In this document: piece by piece, positions 12,763-25,695 of the stretch
Layout of the letters: each line of letters starts with the position of its first letter
How positions within the stretch are numbered: position 1 is the stretch's first letter
Assembly: GCF_964194025.1 (NCBI RefSeq)
Contig: NC_134472.1
Coordinates: 49,414,001 to 49,478,000, forward strand
Length of the DNA stretch: 64,000 bases
Direction of reading: 5' to 3'
From: Convolutriloba macropyga
Lineage: Eukaryota
Position numbers and translations under genes: made by a program
The notes under the pieces: generated by a model
Told to the model about the DNA's origin: nothing
The model's database searches: none
Seen by the model: the letters and a program-made list of their open reading frames with translations, nothing else

Positions 12763-15120
12763 ATGACCGAACAGCAAGAGAAATTGAAAAAGCTCTTTAA
12801 TGCAAGATCTAATCTGGAATCTGAGTTACGTAACATCCATAAAGATATCACAGATGCCATAGATCGTCAAGACAGGAGGGTTAAGGTTGAACGCTTGGTT
12901 TCTAAGTTGAAGGATGTCTTCAGTAAACTGGTGGAGAAGAATGAAGAACTATTTGAATTGGCCAGCAAAGCAGAGAACCCAGAATCAATTTACCCTGTTC
13001 TTGAGCAATGGTTGGATGATGTAACTAAGAACAATGAAAAATTCTTGCTTGCGGCTAGAAGCTATATTGACTCAGTGGCTCACCGAGACACCGTATGTGA
13101 GGGCTTTAACCCTCAAGGGCAATCTAAGAGAAGTTCACGTCAAACAGCATCATCAATGTCTAGCCAGCGTAAACATGACTTTCTAATGGCAAAACTAAAA
13201 CGCGAAGAGGCCGAGAAACAAGAACAAGCCGCCATGCGCCTCGCTAAACAAAAACACGAAATTGCGATGAGAAAAAAGGAGCTTGAAATACAAATGGAAC
13301 AGATGGCACTTCAAGAATTGGAGGAAGACCACCGCCAGCGTGTTGCAGCAGCTAAATTAGATGAGGCTGATTTAATGGATAATCATTCATTGTTTAGTCA
13401 CCACTCAAGTGAACTGAATTTGTTTAAAGATAGGAGATCAGATAGAAGTCAGGGACTTGTTCAGGATTGGGTAAATTCGTTTCCAGCAGGTAATTCAAGT
13501 GAGTTAAACTTTTCTCGTCCTGGTTCAGCAACCGCCGACCCTCCTGTTAAAGATACTTACCCTAGTAATCCTCCAGAAAACCCAAGTAATGTTGCCGATA
13601 ACTTAGTTCATCTTGAAATGGTTTCTCAGTACACACGGCCAGGAGTTGCAATTTCTGTTGCCCAGCAGGAAGCTTTGTATCGGGAATATCTCCAGGCTCA
13701 ACTGCAGCAATCACTCATTGATCAAAGAGCACATAGTCCCTCAGGCAGTGGTGAAGTGAACCAAGTACCAGTCGACGTACAAAATGTCGCACTCCCACCA
13801 CCTCAACCACATATGCAACCTCCCCGGCCACCGACACCCGTTATGGCACCAACAACCTCCGTTTTTGTACCTGATTTTTCAACAAACCCACAAGTAAATC
13901 AGTTCTTGGTTCCGAAAAGTTCCAGTGTGCCTTGCCAATTACATATGTCAATGCCTCATGTTCAACAACAACAGAATCTAACTCAAAGTAACATTCCACA
14001 CCAAACACAAGTCCCTATTGCCCATTCCCCGCATAAGGTCCCTCCACCTCTAAACCCACTCGTGAACCCGCCTCCCATGTTCCCTTCTCAACATCTATTT
14101 ATTCCTCAGCCTCCCGTGATTCCGTCGCCCCCTCCAGCGAGCACAGCAACATACTTACCCGTCCCCAACATTCCACAACAAAACATTGTCCATTCACCTC
14201 AAGCCCGCCTGTTAACATGCCCTACCGCACCCAAACTTCCCCTTAACCGTAACCCCGATTTAAATTTGTGGCGTTTCCCTCAGAATATTCTCCCAAACGT
14301 AAACCAGGCGAAAAATAATGCAACCGTCTATAACAACGTTCAATCTAACCTACCCCCAAGCACAGCTAACCCCACCATCAGCCATCCCATCTTGCAAATG
14401 AGTGCACAACATAATCCAAAAAGCAACTACGCATCTAACTGTAGCATCCCTGTTAACCCCTTTAGTACAACTACTAACATCGCACCACCTTTCGTCACGC
14501 CGGTTATACATCCAACATACGGACATACTGCTCCGATACCATTGTGTTGGGGTGGCCCACCGCATGCCACGCCTCCAGCGCCAGCATCTGAAAATGCAAG
14601 CTTGATTAAGGCATTCACTGACGCCTTATCTAGCAAGAGGAATGACCCACTACCCGAATGGAAGTTGTCACAATACAGTGGGGATCCTCTACAGTGGCAC
14701 GAATGGTATGGTCAGTTTAAAAGCGCAATTGACTCTCAGTCCTTAACTGATGATGTAAAGTTGACATACCTTAAGACCCTCGTTACAGGTAAAGCTAAAA
14801 CAGCTATAGCTGAGTTCGCCTACTGCGGCGCAATGTACAAAGACGCACTGAGGACCTTAGAACGTAAATTTGGCCAACCACAGGCAGTCGTAAGTGCACA
14901 TTTGGACAAACTCAACAACTTTCCACCATTGAAGATGCACAATAGCGATAACATCATTCACTACTCGGGGTGCATTTCAAGTCTTGTCGGGGTATTTAAA
15001 TCGCTGTCATACGATCGCTGCGCTTCTCAACACCGCCGTACAGAAGCTACCACCCAATATGAAGGAGTCATGGTCACTCTTCACGGTCAAAAAGCATTGG
15101 GTGAAACCTACTCTTCTTGA
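12763..15120 (+). CDS. gag: BEL/Pao Gag (coiled coil, Pro/Gln-rich region, DUF1759-like capsid region); frameshifted near 15010
   Basis: YSGDPLQWHEWYGQFKSAI...KLTYLKTLVTGKAKTAI...LERKFG. Homology continues in the overlapping ORF after KSLSYD. Confidence 0.9.
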   Translation: MTEQQEKLKKLFNARSNLESELRNIHKDITDAIDRQDRRVKVERLVSKLKDVFSKLVEKNEELFELASKAENPESIYPVLEQWLDDVTKNNEKFLLAARSYIDSVAHRDTVCEGFNPQGQSKRSSRQTASSMSSQRKHDFLMAKLKREEAEKQEQAAMRLAKQKHEIAMRKKELEIQMEQMALQELEEDHRQRVAAAKLDEADLMDNHSLFSHHSSELNLFKDRRSDRSQGLVQDWVNSFPAGNSSELNFSRPGSATADPPVKDTYPSNPPENPSNVADNLVHLEMVSQYTRPGVAISVAQQEALYREYLQAQLQQSLIDQRAHSPSGSGEVNQVPVDVQNVALPPPQPHMQPPRPPTPVMAPTTSVFVPDFSTNPQVNQFLVPKSSSVPCQLHMSMPHVQQQQNLTQSNIPHQTQVPIAHSPHKVPPPLNPLVNPPPMFPSQHLFIPQPPVIPSPPPASTATYLPVPNIPQQNIVHSPQARLLTCPTAPKLPLNRNPDLNLWRFPQNILPNVNQAKNNATVYNNVQSNLPPSTANPTISHPILQMSAQHNPKSNYASNCSIPVNPFSTTTNIAPPFVTPVIHPTYGHTAPIPLCWGGPPHATPPAPASENASLIKAFTDALSSKRNDPLPEWKLSQYSGDPLQWHEWYGQFKSAIDSQSLTDDVKLTYLKTLVTGKAKTAIAEFAYCGAMYKDALRTLERKFGQPQAVVSAHLDKLNNFPPLKMHNSDNIIHYSGCISSLVGVFKSLSYDRCASQHRRTEATTQYEGVMVTLHGQKALGETYSS

Positions 15121-18100
15121 TTTCAACGATTGGTTGAAAGAAAAAGCCGAAGCGCACGATTTAATGAAGAATACCGCACTTAAAGCAAGGACTGAGGATA
15201 CCAACAACTCAGTAACCGGATCAAAAGTTGCTTCAAAGGCATTTGCTGCAAATACGCAACAGAAGAGTAACTTAAAGCCGCAACAGAGATCTCCGTCAAC
15301 ATCAATCTCTAGTTGCATTGTATGCAAAGGCAGCCACCGGTTGTGGGAATGCCGTGTCTTTAAGGAAAAGACCCCCACACAGAGAGCCAAGGTCGTGGCT
15401 GCGGCAAAGCTCTGTTTCTCTTGTTTGCGTGATAAACACATGTTTAGGCAATGCCCAAGTCCCCGTAAGTGTAGGAAAGATGGTTGCAACAGCTCCCATA
15501 ACACCTTACTTCATGGAGTTGAAAGGGTTTTTCCAGCTAAACCCTCAACAAACAACAACATCGATACTTCGAAGTCGAACGAAGGTACTAGTAGGCCTTC
15601 TACTGGTCAACAGCAACCAAGCAAAACAACCACTTTGTCTTCCGTGACGGATGTCAAAGGCCTCCTTCAGGTCACGAAACTGAAACTTACTAATTCTTCT
15701 GGTACCAATACTACGGCTCTGGTTTTATGCGATACCGCTTGCAGTAACTCTTGGGTGTCCGATAGTCTCGCAGCTAGACTAGGTTTGCAGGGTACCGCAT
15801 TAAAACTTACCGTCAAGGGTATAAACACGGAAGAACTCATAGACACAAAGGTGGTTCAATTGACTGTGACACCTCATAAAGACCAAGACTTCGAAGCATT
15901 CACTGTGCGTCCCTACGTGAGGGAAACATTAAACGTTGGTTCCGACATCATTGACGTCAAGTCCATGAAAGAAATTTACCCACATTTGGCAGTTCTAGAT
16001 CCAGTAAATTATAGCTATGGAGAAATTGAGATGATACTTGGACAGGATGTCTACCATGCCATCCGCCCGTTAGAGTATTTTTCAGCCGACGAAAAGTGCT
16101 CACCGTTTGCTGTCCGCTTGCCCATAGGTTGGGTTTTAAGTGGCCCACTCACGTCAAGTTCATGTTTAGTCTCGGTGTGTTTCAAAGCCAATATTGAACA
16201 GGATTTTGAATTAGCTTGTCAGGTTAAATCTTGGTACGATATGGAATCGTACGGCGCGTTCAAGCAAGTTGACCCACGATCCGCAGCGGATGCTCGCGCG
16301 CAGGAAATACTTGAAACAACAACCTTCCATAACGGCCAAAGATACGATATCAGTATGTTATGGGCTGATGACAACATCCAGCTCCCGAATAACTACTTTT
16401 CGTCACTGGTACAGCTCAAGTCTCTCGAAAAGCGGCTCTCGAGAGATACATCATTGAAAGAAACTTATGCTAATACCATCCGGGAAGACTTGGAAAAAGG
16501 TTACTTGAAAACAGTCCCTGATGCTCACAAGGTAGAGCAGCGGTCGGATAGAGAGTGGTACCTACCACATCATCCCGTGATCAATCCGAACAAACCGGGG
16601 AAAGTGCGTAGGGTATTAAATGGTGCAGCAAAGTTCCACGGTACTTCTTTGAATAAATCTTTGCTCACTGGCCCCGATCTGCTCCAAAACCTAATCCATG
16701 TATTACTTAGATTCCGTCAACATCAATTTGCCGTGTCCGCAGATATCGAGGGTATGTTCCTCCAAGTGGGTGTCCCTGATTGGGACCAGCCATCACTGCG
16801 TTTTTTGTGGCGGGAGGACCCCACAACAGATGTTGTAGTGTATCAATACACGCGCCATATATTCGGGGCTAAAGACTCGCCCACATGCGCTAACTATGCA
16901 CTGCAACGCACGGCCCGAGACAATGTTATTCAGTACCCGGAAGCAACCAAAGCCGTCCTAGAAAACTTCTACATGGACGATTACTTGGATTCGGTGGAGT
17001 CACCTGAGAGGGCTCTCAAAAGATCGAAGGAGTTGGTGCAACTTCTCCATCTAGGTGGGTTCAAGCTTACTAAGTTCGTAAGCAATGTACCGAATCTGGC
17101 TGATCGAATTGATGGGTCACCTCAGTCCACCGAACCAAAAGTAATTGCCTCATCTAAGGAGGAATCTTTGCACGTGCTTGGGTTGAAATGGGATCACAAC
17201 AATGATACTCTAGTTGTGAGTCGGGATACCTCCAGTACAGTAACTAAGTCTTTAACACAGCGCTTGGTATTGAGCCTAGTGTCTAAGGTGTTTGATCCCA
17301 TCGGCCTAGTGGCACCATTTACTGTTGGTGCCCGATTGTTACTAAAGGACATCTGGCGTGTCAGCGGGCAGCAATGGGATGAAGAATTACCAAAAGACAC
17401 TGTTGAAAGGTTCCTCGAATGGAGTGTAGAACTACCCAAGCTTGCAGCAATCACTATACCAAGGAGCTACTTTTCCGGAAACTTTGAACACCTGGAACTA
17501 CACATGTTTGGCGATAGTTCACAAGAAGTTTTCAGTGCCGTTGCATTTCTCCGAGCTCGAGTAACTACTTCGAGTGGGCCCCAAACGGAGCTTGCGTTTG
17601 TACTGGGTAAAGCTCGCGTAGCACCTATGAAGGTCATGACTGTTCCAAAGCTGGAATTACAGGCAGCGCTACTGGCCGCTCGATTGAAACAAGATATATG
17701 TCGAGCTCTCACAGTAAAATTCAACAGGGTTTTCATGTGGACCGACAGAACTACTGTCTTGCAATGGCTTAACTCTGCAACCAAGCACCCAATATTTATT
17801 GCAAACCGTGTTTGCGAAATCTTAGAACACACTAGCGTTGACGAATGGAACCACGTTGCCTCAAGCGATAATCCGGCAGATGCCGGCACTCGTGGTATGT
17901 CTGCTGAGATTTTGCAATCAAGTAGCTGGGTGAGAGGTCCAGATTTCCTAAGAACCAAGCAATTCCCGTTCGAACCAAGCACTGAAGTAGTTAATAACAT
18001 CAAACTTGGTATATTAACTAAGGAAACTGACGAAACCAATACATCATTGGCCGTATCTGTAACCAAGTCAACTAAGGAACCGCCCCCGAAACTAATTCCC

Positions 18101-19588
18101 TTCGATAAGTACAGTTCTTATCAGAAATTGCTACGGATAACAGCGTACGCACTCCGGTTGTTACCTTCTCACGAATGTTACCGTAATGCCGATGGTAGCA
18201 TCATAGACCCCACGGAGCTTGACGAAGCCGAGCGTCATCTCCAGTATCTTGTGCAAGGGGAGTCATTCAATGCAGAGAGAAAAATTCTCCTCGAAAACAA
18301 ACCCGTTAAACGGAGTAGCCGAATTGCTCCGTTATCTCCCTTCATTGGGCCAAATCGTCTAATCCGATCGGCCGGCCGCATCAAACGGTTGGTCGAAGTT
18401 GACTTTGATGTAAAACATCCTATCGTTCTTGACGCACGCCATGCATTTGTAAAGTTGTTCCTCAGGCACACCCACGTTAAACATCATCATCAAGGTATTG
18501 ACTACCTGAGGGCTAAAATGCAAGAACGTTATACCATCCTTAAGTTACGATCCTCACTGCGTTCAATTAAATCGAACTGCGTCACGTGCAGAATGATCCG
18601 CGCTGCCACTATTCAACCCATTATGGCTGACCTCCCAGTAGAAAGACTCGCATACCAGTCTCCTCCCTTCACGAACACCGGGGTCGACTACTTCGGCCCG
18701 TTTTACGTTACTGTACGTAGGACTACCGAGAAGAGGTGGGGTTTCCTCTTCACATGCTTAACTACTCGTGCCGTTCATGTTGAAATCGTTCCGTCCATGG
18801 ACGCCAGTTCGTGTGTAATGGGAGTGGAGCGGTTCGTCTCCCGTCGGGGTACACCAGCCATTATTTGGTCAGACAATGGCACTAACTTTGTTGGCGCGGA
18901 AAAAGAACTACGCGAGAACATCGAAAAGTGGAACACCATCAACATCGCTGTGGAACTTGCCCACAAAGGCATCAAGTGGAGGTTCAACCCGCCCAGTGCG
19001 CCACACCAGGGTGGCATCTGAGAGAGGCTAGTACGTAGTTTCAAGCGCGTACTTTACACAACCCTTGGAACACGTCGCCTCACAGATGAGGTTTTAAGTA
19101 CCATTTTTTGTCTGGTCGAACATGCACTTAATTCACGTCCGCTAACGCCCGTAAGCGCCGACCCGTCCGAGCTAGGAGCTTTAACACCTAATCACTTTCT
19201 CCTCGGTAACCAAGCACGTAGTCTCCCGTCCATCATTGGCGTAGATGAGTTTGATCACCGTAAACGTTACGCCCGCGCGCAGTCTTACGCTAACGCTATT
19301 TGGTCTCGTTGGATCAAAGAATACGTACCGGCGCTGAACCGACGTTCCAAGTGGCAGACGCCTGCCGAGCATCACCTTAAGACCGGTGATTTGGTTTGGG
19401 TAGTTGAAGAGACCAACCAAAGGGGTTACTACCCCACTGCTCGGATCACTGAACTTCGTTACGGTTCCGACAGCGTCGCACGCTCCGCCGTATTGCGCAC
19501 GTCCTCCGGATCGCTCGTTCGCCCGCTTGTAAAATTAGTACCAATTCTCCCAGCATCTTCTTCTGGGCCGGAGGATGTTAGTAACTAA
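14984..19588 (+). pseudogene. pol: BEL/Pao Gag C-terminus-Pol (three Zn knuckles, protease, RT, RNase H, integrase) with premature stop at 19019-19021
   Basis: CIVCKGSHRLWEC/CFSCLRDKHMFRQC/CRKDGCNSSHNTLLH; LCDTAC protease; WYLPHHPV, FYMDD RT; FGDSS, LELQAA, NPAD; SDNGTNF integrase. GGI*ERLVRSFK (TGG>TGA), then the frame continues to RPLVKLVPIL...* at 19588. Confidence 0.93.
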
Positions 19589-20012
19589 ATAAATCTAAGC
19601 GAGAGAATATTAACCAATCAGATTCAAGTATTTAAATATGCATAGAAATCGTTCCAATTTACGTACAAAGCTCGGAAAAAGTGCAATTAACATAATTTCA
19701 AGTAAATCTAATCATAAGACCTATGAAGTAAGACATGATTTGGCTCAATAATTTTCGGCTTTTTGGATGCATTGGTACAAAATGGTGACTGGCATTGAAC
19801 TAATGCGTTATTAGACAAAATACCGGCCAAATGAGCATCAAAAATTGCCGTCTAAAAAACCACTTGTTGCTATGATCGTACGGAGCTAATACGTTGCTAT
19901 CATCGATGAGTTATAGACTGACTATAATACGTTGATTTGTCTCTGTATACGTTGCTTTATATCGTTTATGAGTGAATTGAATCGATACGAAAGAGTGTTT
20001 TGCACCTTTATA
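19576..20012 (+). repeat. BEL/Pao 3' LTR (preceded by purine-rich GGGCCGGAGGA)
   Basis: Direct repeat of the 5' LTR, followed by TSD TGTAG. Confidence 0.95.
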
Positions 20013-21386
20013 TGTAGCTTGTTACTTTCGTTACTTTCATATACTTCCTGTGGATCTCTTCTTTCCACAAAAATTCTAAATACGTTGCTGCTGACGATGC
20101 TAATTCCATCTAAGTTAGTTTTTGCGTGAAATTTTGTACAAAATTTCATAGAAGTTTGTCTTCGAGAACAGTTATGTTGTTTGTAGTAATGTTGATTTTT
20201 TAATGCAATTTCCATACTCATTGTAGGCATTTCGGTTCATTGCTGCAATGGTCTTCTGATATGTCAATTTTTTGGCATTTGAAGCGCTTCCGTACGCCAT
20301 GTGAGTCTCTGCTTTGTTTACAGCTGTTAATTGTTAGTGAGTATTTTGTTTCTCTTCTCTTACAATGCACTATGATTAACGTGTTCAATTATTGAGCTGG
20401 GTTTTCAATGCGGTGTTGGCACTATGTTTGTTTATTTCCTTTGTTGACGTAAGTGATTCCTCTCTGGTCGTCTGTATGTTTGCATTTTCAACAGAGCAGT
20501 CTCATGATTTTTTCCTGCTTTTCTCCGGTACAAAGCAATGTTTTCGAAACAGCTTGTGGAGATAATTGATATGTAAATAAACTACTTTTGTGAGGTATTT
20601 GGAAGTATTTTAACGTAAATTTCTCTCTTTAGCCAGGTATTATCTTAATTTTCAACCGAGCTTAATATTTTAAAGGAGTTGAAAACATCATTACCCCTTG
20701 CTATAGCTCTCACCGCTTGTATTTGATTTATGTCTATCCCAAATAGGAATTAACTGCTTTCCCGTTCATCTTGTTGTTTTTTCCTTCAAAAATTTCTTTT
20801 GTTTTTGTCATTCATTCTAAAGAATTACGAATAACATTTGCTTCCCTCTCCCGGTAGGTTAGAAATTGTCCGTTTTTCTTGCTTTCAGTTGTTTTTATGT
20901 TTCTCTTTTTCGTAAAACGAAATCAATTACTTCTGGATCAACCAATTAGTTCAGATTCTTGGCGTATGAGTGCTATTGAGTTGTGAAATTCTTCAATGAA
21001 GTTTCTTACTGTTATTTTCATATCTTTTTGTTTGAGTAATTTGGAGGCCCAAGGCAAAAAGTTATAGACCAGATCGCTGCAATTTTTTCTTAGATTTTGA
21101 TGTTGAGTTCTCATTTCAGCGCTAATTCTATGTACAGTTTTTTAAGGTAATAACAATTGCTGAGTTGTCGCCGCTAAATATTGCGCCACAATAAGTCTTT
21201 CAAAGCACTTAAACACTGAAACATCAGACCTTGTAGGTGAAGCAACCTTTATCATTCATTTTGGGAAAAATGGATTTTATTTACCGTTACACAATTGCTC
21301 AAAACTCTGGTCATAAATTGTGTCTGAAAACTTCTTCTGGTTTCGATAAATGTAAGCACGTTTTAGCTCTTGCCGGGGAGTTGAAA

Positions 21387-21751
21387 CCCGTACCGAACTC
21401 CAAGTCTTAATCAGTACCGGGCAATTGTAAAAGCAAGTCTCCCATGTAATATAATTTTCTCGCTTTCTGGGTTGAAATTTGATTCTTTCAATCGTATGAG
21501 AGCGGCGCAAACTGCAAAATTACAACAATCTCTGTGGCGCAGTAGGATGGACAAACAACTACGGAGATGGAGAGCGTGGGTTCGATCCGATTACGGAACT
21601 TTTTTTTCGCACTTGTATTAAGACTTGCCAAGTCTTGGCCAAGTCTGACAAGTCTTAAATGTGTTATGATCATATCTCTGAATCAGAACTGATAACTAGA
21701 CTTGGAATTAGACTTGCCCAGTACTGATATTGACTTGGCGTTAAGTACAGG
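21387..21751 (-). mobile_element. 365-bp CCC-type MITE, longer relative of the 129-bp element
   Basis: Ends CCCGTACCGAAC...GTTAAGTACAGG, AA on both sides; subterminal CAAGTC/GACTTG motifs. Confidence 0.8.
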
Positions 21752-22329
21752 AAAACATTGCGCGGGTTGCTTTCAAACATTCCATTCAAAGCCAGATCTG
21801 GTGGACATGGTGAATCAGAAGCATTGATTTTCTTCATTGATTTCCAATGCTGAGTATTTAAAATTATGCATAAAGAATTTCTAGTGTTTGAAGTATATAT
21901 TTCCCATTCAAGTGTTTTCTCTTTTTTGACCATTGCTCCCTCGTCCCCAATTCTTACAGACCAGTGGAATCTCATGATTTATGTTTTTTTATAACAAAGT
22001 AGTTTTCAGTACGTTTTTGTGTTAAATATCAACTTCATTTAAACGAACAATGTTAATTCAATTCGCTTGTTAAAAACATGAATAGTTCATGCATTTTATA
22101 ACTTTATTCATAATGACTGTTTTCTTCGCTCAACCATGTTTGCCAACTTAACCGCCTGCTTGTAGCTTGAGCTTCTGATTTATTGGTGTAATTTTTGTCG
22201 ATCTCCCACTTTCCATAGAAATTGTGGATGCTTTGCAGCTGACGATGCTAATTTCCTCTATTTTTTAAAACTAAATTTGATCGAATTTTACTTAGAAGTT
22301 CGTCTTGGAAAATAGTACTGTTGGTTGTG

Positions 22330-23315
22330 CCCAGGTTGAGATCGCTCTCGAAATCGCCTCTGATCAGACCCTCCCAGACCGAAGTGACCTCTGATCAGAC
22401 GAGTATGCGCTCGAAGATCATTGTGCACTCGAAGTGCGATCGAAGCCGCTCTGATCAGACGAGTTCCAGACCATTGTCCAGACGAGTTCCAGACCATTGT
22501 CCAGACTAAAGTGCTCTGGAAATATTGTCCCAGACTAAAGTGCGGTCGAAATTACCTCTGATCACACAAAAGTGCGCTCGAAATTGCCTCTGTTTAGACT
22601 AAAGTGCGTTCGAAATAGTCTGATCAGAGAATGATTTTGAACATGAACAAATCTCTCAATATCGTTATAATATATTCATTTCATCTATCATTTTATCAAT
22701 CTTACTTTCAACTAACAAAACACCAATCATGAAAATGTTGCTAATAAAAGTAAATTGAAAAAAATATGATAAAAAAAAATTACTTAGTGTGCCATTTATT
22801 TATGCTTTTAACTGGAAAAATGAACTTAGACAGCTTTGCAGAAAAACGTCTTGATCTACTTTGATTCAAAATCTTTCTTTGAGGGGACCGGAAGTTGTTA
22901 TCAGCTGGGCCCCTTGGTTCTGATCAAACCCATCAGATTTTCAGATGAAGTTCTGATCAGAATGCTGTTTTATTGTCGACTCTTACAAGAGACAACAAAA
23001 GTCAGTAAGAAAACAAAAAATAACTTGAAAAAAATTTCGCTCGAATTGGTCTCTGTTCAGATTAGTGTGCGCTCGAATCGACCTCTGTGTGCGCTTGAAA
23101 CTGTCTCTGATCAGACCGTCCCAGACCAAAGTGACCTCTGATCAGACCGTCCCAGACCAAAGTGATCTCTGATCAGGCAAGTTTCAGACCATTGTCCAGA
23201 AAAAAGTGCGCTCGATGCCCTTTCCAGACCATGTAATTCGAGCGCACCGGGAACATGTGTGCGCTCGAAACTTGTCTGATCAGGGGTCACTTCGGTCTGG
23301 CCACATCGACCTGGG
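22330..23315. mobile_element. 986-bp CCC...GGG non-autonomous element with subterminal CTCTGATCAGAC repeats (EnSpm/CACTA-like)
   Basis: CCCAGGT...ACCTGGG, TG TSD. The empty site is supported by the paralogous sequence at 20175-20195; inverted CCAGACCGAAGTGACC.CTGATCAGAC blocks lie near both ends. Confidence 0.88.
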
Positions 23316-23908
23316 TGGTAATGTTAATTTTTTAATGTATTTTCAATGCTCATTGTAGGCATTTTCTGCTGTTGCTGTAATTGTTTTCTGAGTTGCCAAA
23401 TTTATGGCATTTGAAAAACTTTCGTACATCTGATCTGGTGATTCTCTGCTTTGTTTACAGCTGTTAATTACACAGATTTTTTAATTCAGTTATTAAACAT
23501 ACAATTTTCGAAGAGTTGGTTATCCACGAGATTTAGTTCTGATTTTCAAATAACTCCACTGGTTATCAATTGGAGCGTTCATTGCATATTTAAGGAGCGA
23601 TTCTTACTTATCCTCTTTGTACATTGCGCTATGGTTAAGTTGTGCAATTAGTGATCTGGGTTTTGAATGCAATATAGTTCTTTCGTTGATGAAAGTGATT
23701 AAAGAAGTCAGTTGTAATATGTTTGTCTTTTTCAAGGAGCAGGCTTTTGATACTGTCCCTGCTTCTCTTTGGTGCAAAGCTCTGAGCTGAGGAAACAAAC
23801 ATCATTCGAGAAAATGGGAACTGCGTTTGTGTCTGTTTTACTAAAACTATAGCTGGTCTGATTTGCTCACCGGTTCTTTAAGGCTGATTTCTAGAGTGTG
23901 TGCGTTTG

Positions 23909-25695
23909 TTGTTCCGACCCACATGTGGGGGGAGGAACTATATACTCAAATGAGTTTTTTTCGTTCAGACAATTTTGGCCAATCGATATATTCATCGCAG
24001 AGAGTTGAGACTGATATCATTAAAAAGCTCGTTCAGCGTCGAATATGGAATTATTAAGATTTTTCTGATTTTTGTAATTTACGGGGAGTTATCGAGGTTT
24101 AAACTTTTGAGAAAATTAGAGTGAATTCCATTGATTTTTTTCACATTTCCGGAATTTTTGACAAAAATTTTGCAAATTTTGCTAAATTTTTTAAAAAAAG
24201 TGTTGTTTATTTTATTGTTAAAGACAAAAATAACCGTCGGCTATTTTTATTTAAAGTTGCGTCAAAAATTCGGACTGAATATTTCAAAATTCAGACTTTT
24301 TCATCAAAAACAGCACGAAATAGGTTTCTTTAGTCCACTCTGATTAAATTTGCAGGAAGTACACCCCCAAACACCACTAACACAATCTTCGTAGACTCAA
24401 AATGGGGCTATTTCTACTTCCACTTCCGTTGCGAGTGCTCTGTATTTAAAAGTTTGTCGTTTATTTTGGTAACTTTACTCGTTGATTATCAAAAACGCAG
24501 CATGTATTTTTGTTTCTTTAACAAACAAAATATCTATACCTATCACTTTCGAACAAATAAGTGTTTTTATTGGACGAACAACATTAGCAGAGTTAGTTTT
24601 GCACCAATCTTGGACTGTTACAATCCAAAAAAATTCGGATTGTAATCTGTCGGTTTTTTAATTTAAAAAATCGATCTTTTTTATATATTAATTAAATAAC
24701 AGAACATTTCAACTCAAATTTCACCAGTGATAGGTCAACTCGGTTCCCTATTAGCTCCAAATTATTGTATCTAGTTTATTAATTGAAAGATTACGGTCGT
24801 TTTGACTTTTCAAAACATTTGATTTTTATATAAAAATTGCTTATTGAACTTTGCCTCCACTTTTCTCTTAATTTGGTCAACTTGTAGATTATTGTCAGCA
24901 AAGAAAGAATGCTTCTTCTTTCTACTGAAATAAAATTCAGTCTTTATTACGGTTTTACACCTTAAGTTTTGGTTTTCTGGCTTTGATTCTACTAGATTTC
25001 ACTTTTTTCAGATTTTTGCCCATTTTTCACGTTTTCTAGTTTTGTCACATTATCACGTTATTGACAGTTTGATGTCTATTTGTTCTTCTTTTTGTAACCG
25101 CATAAAAATTGAGTGCCGAAATTTCTTAATTCCGATTTTTGGAAAAACTCGCAGTTGTAAACCTTTGGGATATTTTAGTTGATATCTAATGGTTTTCATT
25201 ACTTTCAATTTAATTGTTTAAAAAAAATACGCAAATTTTTCAAATACACTGCTTTTGTTCTTCATTGTCTAATGGTTAACGAATCTTGTTATGGACAGGT
25301 CCCATATATTTTCTGGTGAATTACAAGTTATTTTGTTTAGTTTCAGTTTTATCTGACGCTATTTTGACTTTGTTATTAAGGTTTGTTTTTTAAAACTGAC
25401 ATAAATTTTTTGATGTAATTACTGCTTGTTGTTGTTTTTGTTTGATTTTATTGTTCGTCTTGACTCGCTTTCTTAATACCGGCTTATCTCATCAGTCTAA
25501 TGTATCTTTTTTCTTACTCCGCTGAGTTATTTGTTTTGGAGGCTATCTTTTCGTTCATACACCAATTTTTTTTTAAATACTTGAAGTTTTGGAGTTTTCT
25601 ATCTCTTTCTCATTTGGTAGCCAATTATGCCAAAATTGTGGATGAGCGGGGTAGAAACCTTATCTGCGATCGCACATTACTGAGCCTCCTTGTTT
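23909..25695 (+). mobile_element. Non-autonomous Helentron/DINE-1-like element (copy A, both ends present)
   Basis: 5' TTGTTCCGACCC..GGGGGGAGGAACTATA stem; 3' GGGGTAGAAAC subTIR, TGCGATCGCA palindrome and CTTGTTT end. Homologous to 48583-50987 (inverted) and 4263-6898. Confidence 0.75.

Larger units (their letters stand above)
9928..20012 (+). mobile_element. Full-length BEL/Pao LTR retrotransposon
   Basis: Two 437-bp LTRs (4 differences seen), 5-bp TSD TGTAG (9923-9927, 20013-20017), PBS, PPT, and gag-PR-RT-RH-IN order with BEL-type motifs. Confidence 0.97.

Noticed and set aside
14984-15120. Programmed gag-pol frameshift in the BEL element
   Set aside because: The shift falls inside the Gag capsid region before the Zn knuckles, with no slippery heptamer. 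BEL elements usually have one ORF, so a small deletion is more likely.
19019-19021. Stop-codon read-through or alternative genetic code (TGA=Trp)
   Set aside because: A single TGG>TGA at a conserved Trp; other Trp codons checked in the ORF are TGG.
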